The position numbers and the translations under genes are program-made. A stretch of 43,840 nt of DNA. It comes from Nemertoderma westbladi. Lineage: Eukaryota; Animalia; Xenacoelomorpha. Shown here in pieces: positions 36,706 to 43,840 of this stretch. The stretch is taken from assembly GCA_032718475.1 (NCBI GenBank), contig JAUCBJ010000556.1, forward strand, positions 1 to 43,840. The letters run 5' to 3'. Each line of letters opens with the position of its first letter. Positions within the stretch are counted from its first letter, which is position 1. The notes under the pieces were generated by a model that made no database searches, had not been told where the DNA came from, and saw only the letters and a list, made by a program, of their open reading frames with translations.

Positions 36706-37629
36706 AAAGAGACGCGAACTACACATGTTAGTAGATATATAATAATGTTCGCTACGTAATTTATTTGAAAATTTAAATATTAATTCCAGTGATATCTTAA
36801 ATTATTATATTTTGGGATTGGAAAGTAAAAGTATTTTGTGATCTACCCGAACCATGTGTAACGGTACGAAAATTTCACCTGCCGCCAATTATTTACACCA
36901 ATGTCGCACCTTCAGCGTATGATAAAATTACAATTTCTACAGTATTATCGCCAATATGTGCCCTATATGTACTTTTGTAGGGGTTTTGATTTGCATCAAC
37001 GGATGTTCTATTTGTTTTCATGCTGAATTTTGTGCTCATAAATAGTTTATGTTGCATAAACAATCTGGGGATAATCAAGTGATACAGGAAATTAGGAAAC
37101 AACATTAGGCCTACGTTGTTCCCCTTAAAATCTCACTTCTGTCCCTCGTTTTAATTTATAACTCACTCGCTTTGCTCGACCCTGGAAATAAATCACTCCG
37201 GATCGGCATCAGACAAAGTCATACATACATGTACGAAACATAATATAATAGTTACTGTAGTAATAATAATAGTTTGTATAATGTGCTTATACGTTTTTTA
37301 TTATATTTATATATTTTTTATTATTTTTATTATTAGGCCTATACTATATAGTGATCCTTGAGTTCCCAATGTGGTCACTAGAGGACACATATAATTTGTG
37401 CCCTTTTTGCCGAATTAGCGCAAGTGGGTTCATACCTTTTTGACCTCAAAAATATATATATTTGACATTTAAGGATTAATTTTCTGAATGGTGTTAGCAC
37501 TTTGAATTAGCACTATTTTGGTGTTAGCACTTTGAGTTAGTACTATTTTGGTGTCAGCACTTTGTATAGAAACTTCTCACTTAAAGTTAGCGTGCTGGGT
37601 AATTCGTAAACACACACACACACACACAA

Positions 37630-39005
37630 ACTGTTGAAAAACGGCCATAGTATAATTATATCAGTTTGCTGATGGCTCGCCAACACTTCGTGATTCGCCC
37701 CACATTCCTCCCCTCGACGAAATTTTAAGAATACTTTGCAATAATTTAGAGAAGTTGTTAGGACCAACTAGTTGCTGTGATTCAAGGAAGTCAATATATT
37801 TATCATCGTTTATATCATACATTTCTTTATAATTAATAATCTCTATGGCCGTTAATAATCTCAATAATATATGGTATTCGTCTGATTTAAATGCCGCAAA
37901 CGAAATGGATCGATAGAGACAATTTCCATTTCCCTCAACACTGAGAGGTACATATTTCTCTTGCATTACAGGATGACATTTCAAGGGATAGTTATAAAAC
38001 CCGAAAATAACGAAAATTTCGCTGACGAATTTATCAGCGAAAATATCAAAATTATCAAACAATCTACAAAATCTCGCTTTCCAATAAGATGAGTATAATT
38101 ATAAGTCACACTTTACATTTTTTAATTAATAAAATCCGATAATTTCGCCCCATTTTCGACCTTAAAAGTAATTTAATACCAAATACTGTCTACTGGTTGG
38201 TTGTTGGGTGTTGACCAATAATGGCAGCTTGGATGAATGACTCAGCATCAACAGATCAGTATAGGGGCCTACTGGTGTATTACTGTACAGTACAAGCATA
38301 TGGTACGGTACAACCTGAAGCGGCAAAGTTGAAAGAAGCGGTCCGGTACCCTAACCCAATACTGCAACGATGTAATTCCCATATGAAATGTTGTTTGCAT
38401 TACGGCATACGGTACCTTTAGCGCTACCTGGCCTAGGTGTGCACTGTAGGCCTACAGTGACTGTCAGGCAAGTGACGCGGCGCGGCGGATGTGAACAGGT
38501 GAACGTAACTACAGAATTGCAGTCCAGCAGTCGCTATAACTGTACTCTGACTGTACTCGCACTCTGACTGTACTGTCCTAATTTGAGCGCCATCTTGTGG
38601 TGTTTTGCAATCATTGGATCACCCCTAACAACCAATCAGCAGAGGCAGTATTTGGTATTAAATTACTTTTAGGGTCGAAAATGGGGCGAAATTATCGGAT
38701 TTTATTAATTAAAAAATGTAAAGTGTGCCTTCTAATAATACCGATCTCACTGGAAAGTTAGATTTTATTTAAAGTTTTATAATTTCGATATTTTCGTTAA
38801 TAATTTCGTCCTTTTCGTTTTTTTCGGGTTTTATAACTATCCCATTTCAAGAGAATTTTCCCGGCCTCTGGATCTTTCTGATGATAATAGTCATCAACAA
38901 ATGTAATTTGTTCTTAGTAACCTCTGGTAAAAATACATTATATGTTGTTAATAGAAGTTCCTCTGAGCAACATGTTTGAGGTTATTTTCAGTCGCGTTGG
39001 ATAAC
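37630..39005 (-). pseudogene. Decayed OTU-like cysteine protease (vertnin-like) gene, interrupted by a MITE
   Basis: VPLSVEGNGNCLYRSIS....SDEYH.LLRL.T..E...Y matches the OTU G[DN]GNCL motif. The frame continues upstream across the MITE (EQITFVDDYYHQKDPEAGKIL|LKCHP) and, after a frameshift, downstream (HEVLAS..QTDIIILWP). Outer boundaries approximate. Confidence 0.75.
37986..38842. mobile_element. 857-bp MITE with ~230-bp TIRs and a 9-bp TSD (MULE-type)
   Basis: Termini GGATAGTTATAAAACCCGAAAA and TTTTCGGGTTTTATAACTATCC. Arms 37986-38219 and 38613-38842. TSD CATTTCAAG at 37977-37985 and 38843-38851. Confidence 0.9.
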
Positions 39006-39161
39006 CTGGGAAAACCAGAAAATATGTAAATAAATGATAATTATCTTATTTTTTTTGTTAATTCAAAAATTAATAAAAAACAATTAATATATAAATCGGC
39101 AGACCGACTTGTCACACGGAGATCTTGCTAAGCACTTATTAAATTTGGAACTTAAATTTAA

Positions 39162-40060
39162 CCCTATTTAAACCCGGGGGGGGGGGGGGGGGGTCAATAT
39201 GACCCTCCCGTGGTTTTTTTTTGTTATAACTCTGAAACAAACGGAGTGGGCAATCTGTAATTTTATGACTTTTCCTAAAAATCTATTGTCTTCCTAATAG
39301 TGAAAACGGTTTTCAAAAATATGGGGAAGTTTTCGAGTTATAGCACCATTTTTAACCCTACTTTTGGCCCTTTTTTTTCTGGCGTTTTTTGAAAATACAT
39401 TTCATTATTAAATATGATTTGTAACATCTCTATTTTTGATTTACACCGGTTTTTTGGTGTTTACAATTAGATGGAATTCATATAAATAAATTTAGAAATT
39501 TCAAACTTGTTTTTTCGGCCGGTGCCAATTTTGGTGCCAGCACCAAATTTTGAAATATGTCAAGTTGTAAATTGGTTGTTTGAACCTGTTTTTTTGCGCA
39601 ATAGGGGTTTTTGGGGTTCTGGTTTCGATGGAATATATACGAGTTGCATCAGGCGTATCAAACTTGTGTTTTTCGGTGCTGCGTGCAAAATTTGGTGCCA
39701 GCACGAAATTTTGAAAATCTATTCAATAATTCAATTGCTTGTGACACCTAAATTCTCGCGTTTTAGAGGTTTATGGCGGTTCTGAATTCAATGGAATAAA
39801 TAGTTATCTAACTAGACATCTAAAACTTGTATTTTTCGGAAGTGGGTGCAAAGTTTGGTGTTAGCACCAAATTTTGAAAACCATCAAATATATCAATTCA
39901 ATTTGTCACCTTGTTTCTTGCGTTATACGGGTTCATGAGGGTCCTGAATCCGATGGAATTAATAACAACCGCACTGGACATCTCAAACTTCTAATTTTTT
40001 GGTGATGGGTACGAAATTTCTAGAGAGCACGAAAATATGCCATACTACGCCGAAAAATAC
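39162..40060 (+). mobile_element. One-ended TTAA/CCCT (piggyBac-like) non-autonomous element with ~160-bp degenerate internal repeats
   Basis: TTAA|CCCTATTTAAACCC(G)n at 39158-39193. The motif AAACTT...TTTTCGG...TTTGGTG..AGCAC.AAA recurs near 39503, 39660, 39823 and 39985. No matching right terminus found. Confidence 0.5.
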
Positions 40061-40267
40061 GATTAGAAATGATCTGGCAAATTAGAATTATATTCCATTA
40101 GAATCAGCGCCCCAGAAAACCTAAAAATGGGAATTTATGGCATCGTATAAGTGAATTAAAAATTTTGTGTTCAAACTGAAAAGTGCTGGTTAATTGTTTT
40201 TTTTTCATTTTTTGCCTACCTAGAAGAGTAAAACATGCATTTATACTAATTCGATTTTTGTTAAATT

Positions 40268-41535
40268 GGGTACGTGTGCAAAGTATTTGACATCCTTTGG
40301 GTCCGTGTGTCGAGTATCTGACATCCTTTGGGTCGGTGTTCAAGGTATCTGACATCCTTTTGGTCAAAGTCCAAAGTATCTGAGATCCTTTGGGTCCGTG
40401 TGTCGAGTATCTGACATCCTTTGGGTCCGTGTGCGAAGTATCTGACATCCTTTGCGCCCGTGTGCAAAGTATCTGACATCCTTTGGGTCCGTGTTCAAGG
40501 TATCTGACATTCTTTTGGTCAAAGTCCAAAGTATCTGATATCTTTTGGGTCCGTGTGTCGAGTATCTGAGATCATTTGAGTCCGTGTGTTAAGTATCTGA
40601 CAACCTTTGGGTCCATGTTCAAAGTATCTGACATCCTTTGGGTCCGTGTTCAAGGTATCTGACATCCTTTGGGTCCGTGTGTCGAGTATCTGACATCCTT
40701 TGGGTCCGTGTGTCGAGTATCTGACATCCTTTGGGTCCGTGTCCAAATTATATGAGATCATTTGGGTCCGTGTTCAACGCATCTACCTTTCTTTGGGTTC
40801 GTGTGTTGAGTATCTGACATCCTTTGTGTCCGTGTTCAGAGTATCTGAGATCCTTTGGGTCTGTGTTCAAAGTATCTGACAACCTTTGGGTCCATGTTCA
40901 AAGTATCTGACATCGTTTGGGTCCGTGTTCAACGCATCTACCATCCTTTGGGTCCGTGTGTCGAGTATCTGACATCCTTTGGGTCCGTGTTCAACGCATC
41001 TATCTTCGTTTGGGTCCATGTGTTGAGTATCTGACAACCTTTGGGTCCATGTTCAAAGTATCTGGCATCCTTTGAGTCCGTGTTCAACGCATCTACCATC
41101 CTTTGGGTCCGTGTGTCGAGTATCTGACATCCTTTGGGTCCGTGTGTCGAGTATCTGACATCCTTTGGGTCCGTGTCCAAAGTATATGAGATCATTTGGG
41201 TCCGTGTTCAACGCATCTACCTTTCTTTGGGTTCGTGTGTTGAGTATCTATGACATCCTTTGTGTCTGTGTGCAAAGTACTGTATCTGACATCCTTTGCG
41301 CCCGTGTGCAAAGTATCTGACATCCTTTGGGTCCGTGTTCAAGGTATCTGAAATCGTTTGGGTCCGTGTACAAAGTATCTGGCAGCCTTTGGGTCCGTGT
41401 TCAAAGTATCTTCCAAAATTTGGGTCCGTGCTTAACCTATCTACTCCGATTTGGGTCCGGGTTCGTTCAACATGTCTGTCAACCTTTGGGTCCGTGCTCA
41501 ACGCGGCTACCATCCTTTGGGTCCGTGTTCAACGT
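40268..41535 (-). repeat. 31-bp subterminal tandem array, right arm (inverted relative to 35485-36372)
   Basis: GTATCTGACATCCTTTGGGTCCGTGT recurs about every 31 bp. Confidence 0.93.
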
Positions 41536-42689
41536 ACAGTATCTGACATGCTTTGGCACCATTTTATTACCATCATTAACATTAGTAGGTGAATAGGGTA
41601 GATGGTATACAAAGTAACCAGTAAGAAATCACCATGGAAAAGTTAAGTCAGAATCAATCAGCTGATTCAAATTTATCCAAAAAATTTGGTTTTGGCTCTT
41701 TCCTTATATTTGCATAATTTTTCGCAGAATTAACTTTGATAGCATTAATTTAACACTGTGCAACATCTCCTGTGTCGGAATGGGTTGGTGCCTCATTGTT
41801 TCATAGTGTAATGGTCATTTTTTGGGTCGGTGTGGGTCTTTGTGCATTTTAGCACTGCCCCTTAATTATTGCCTTTAAAAGCAATTCAAACGCTTTGCTT
41901 TTAAATTCATAATTCTAGATTCAAAATTCTTTGCGTAATTTACTTCACGATATTACATTTAGTGCAAAAATTTGGCGCTTAAGTTGTTTTGCTATTACTT
42001 TCTGTTTTTTTTTTTAAAAAACAACTTCAGTTCCAATTATAACTCTGTAAAACAACTCAATTGCCTGATTTGGGTTTTTAATAAGAATTTTAAGTGACAG
42101 ATTTGAGTTTATATGCGCTCATGTATTTACACGTTCGTGGGGCCATCGCGCAGGACGAGGCTCAGTTATTAGATACAGATTAAAATTGAGCAATTCTATC
42201 CCAAAATCGGTACTTAAGAAATTTAAATAAATAATTAAGAAAATTTAACCAAAACGCCATAAGAATAAATCAAAGAAGAGAGGATCCCCCCCCCCCCCCC
42301 CCCCCCGTGCTTCAACCGCCCTCTTAATCTGCACCACCCCAACCCAAAGGAGCACAGAGGATTAATGAAAGGCAGATAAAACAAGCTGACTTTACTACCT
42401 TACACTACTGTAGTGGCTATGTCCTATTGATGTAATTACCCGTTGCCAAGTAGTGCTGAGGTAGGTGGTTGGACTATGGTTCCCAGCAGCGCCAGCAGAT
42501 AGGCTAGGCAATATGAATGAGGGAGCTGCGAAGTATAGAGATACGGTGGCATTTTGATAACTTAATTACGTTTAGATCAATTAAAAACGCATTTCTTAAA
42601 GCAAATCTCTTGAACTAATTAAAGACTATAATGGAATGTTCTATGGGGAATACAGTTTGTTATATAATTTTGAAGTATAATTATTTAAA

Positions 42690-43182
42690 TCTTATACTAG
42701 AAAATAATTAATATCCTTTAAGAGGCAGGTTGAAATTGCTGATTTTACCCTAATCAACTAAATTAACTAATTAACTGCTATTATCTTAGCTTCTCGAAGG
42801 CCACGCGGAAATTCAACTTGGAAAATTTCTAAACTTTGGCCAGACTATATGTGTACCAAGTTTGGTTAAATTTCATTAACATTTGGCTGAGTTATTATCT
42901 AACTTAATTAACTAATTAACTGCTATTATCTTAGCTTCTCGAAGGCCACACGGAAATTCAACTTGGAAAACTTCTAAACTTTTGCCAGATACATGTGTAC
43001 CAAGTTTGGTTAAATTTCATTAACATTTGGAGGAGTTATTAACGTTTAAAATTGGACACAACAGAACGACAGATCGACAGAGCAACAGACACACCGATTG
43101 AGTTAGTGGTACCTGTATGCTAAGCTCGCTTACTTTCGTCGCTCACCCCACATTAAATATGCTATAGGGCTATAGCATATTT
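42690..43182 (+). mobile_element. Helentron-associated (HINE/DINE-1-like) element with two ~145-bp core repeats
   Basis: Direct repeats start at 42761 and 42906 (containing TGTGTACCAAGTTTGGTTAAA), followed by a GACA-like tract (~43055-43095) and a hairpin at 43155-43182. This order fits HINEs. Boundaries uncertain. Confidence 0.5.
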
Positions 43183-43239
43183 TTAGATATTATCTCTTAA
43201 GATAAAATGTAAGAAAATGACCATTGCCTAGAATTCATA

Positions 43240-43380
43240 TCGATCCGGAGTCGTGGGTTCGATCCCTGTGGATCCCCCAGGGCAGTTATCGTTTCGTTAT
43301 CGTTTAAAACGAATGTTTAAAATAGACTAACCGAGCGCTCAATGGGTTAATGGGTACCAGTTTCCTCTGGGAAGTATAGT
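43240..43380 (+). mobile_element. tRNA-derived SINE remnant
   Basis: Pol III B-box-like GGGTTCGATCCC at 43255-43266 and a downstream AATGGGTACC motif common in SINE central domains. No complete cloverleaf. Confidence 0.45.
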
Positions 43381-43840
43381 TATGGGGGGGGGGGGGGGGG
43401 GGGGGACTGGAAATAAGTCATCAGACTTCGTGTTATTCCATTGGATAGTCCCATGATTATCGCTTAGGTTGTTATTTAAAAAATAATGGCCTATCTTATG
43501 ATAACTGATCAACGGACTGACGGATCAACCTAAATAATATGTCGTTTGAGTTGTTATTTCAAAACAGGGACGACACATTGACGCCTTTCAACTACGCTTC
43601 ATGTACTGTAGGCCTACATCATGTCGGCATGTCAATGTCACATGTCATTCAGTAAGTGCCATGTGTTTGTGATTTTATTACGATCATGGCCCGTACAGCC
43701 GTACTGGTAGGTACCGGTACTTCTGTACTTACTGACGTATATTTGTTGTACTTTCAAATAAACCGATTTTAAACCCAAAAATATTAAATTGTTAAAATCA
43801 ATCCAGCAATCGGTAGGTAAAGGTAATAAAATAATTCAGT

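Larger units (their letters stand above)
35124..41860. mobile_element. 6.7-kb Mutator/foldback-like DNA transposon with long modular TIRs (non-autonomous here)
   Basis: Termini GAGCAGTGCTAAAA and TTTTAGCACTGCCC. ~350-bp unique inverted arms are followed by inverted 31-bp arrays. 9-bp TSD CTTAATTAT at 35115-35123 and 41861-41869. Long TIRs with G..C ends and a 9-bp TSD are typical of MULEs. No transposase ORF seen. Confidence 0.88.

Noticed and set aside
36893-37105. 70-aa ORF as an upstream polycystin (GPS/GAIN) exon
   Set aside because: No GPS Cys/Trp or HLT motif, and it lies inside a transposon.
3978-41535. CRISPR-like appearance of 23-40-bp repeats
   Set aside because: Units are head-to-tail with no unique spacers, there are no cas genes, and the context is eukaryotic with spliceosomal introns.
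43240-43300. tRNA gene
   Set aside because: Only a B-box/T-arm-like motif is present, with no full cloverleaf; better explained as a SINE remnant.

Overview
Repeat-saturated eukaryotic genomic DNA, probably from an invertebrate animal. I see no prokaryotic operons, CRISPR array, rRNA or convincing tRNA gene. The only host gene I can support is a polycystin-1-like (PKD1 family) gene on the minus strand: three exons joined in frame by GT-AG splice sites (10157-11197 with TM1, PLAT, TM2 and TM3; 9836-10063; 6216-6356). Tandem repeats fill or flank its introns: a ~474-bp unit (1-2461), a 40-bp unit (3978-5882), a 23-bp unit (7273-9800) and a ~22-kb 25-bp satellite region (11291-33673). Mobile elements sit inside these arrays: a 5'-truncated CRE-type non-LTR element with poly(A) and a 13-bp TSD, a near full-length APE-RT LINE whose ORF1 and ORF2 read as one 1339-aa frame across a T7 run, and two copies of a 1250-bp foldback element with an 8-bp TSD. 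The right part holds a 6.7-kb Mutator/foldback-like element (9-bp TSD, 31-bp subterminal arrays) carrying a decayed vertnin-like OTU protease gene that is split by a nested MITE. The most notable signal is that the sequence right after the giant 25-bp array is homologous to the foldback's internal spacer, suggesting the satellite is a swapped or hyper-expanded arm of a foldback-family element. Most long ORFs in the track are artefacts of stop-free repeat units. Family calls come from motif recognition by eye; no searches were run.
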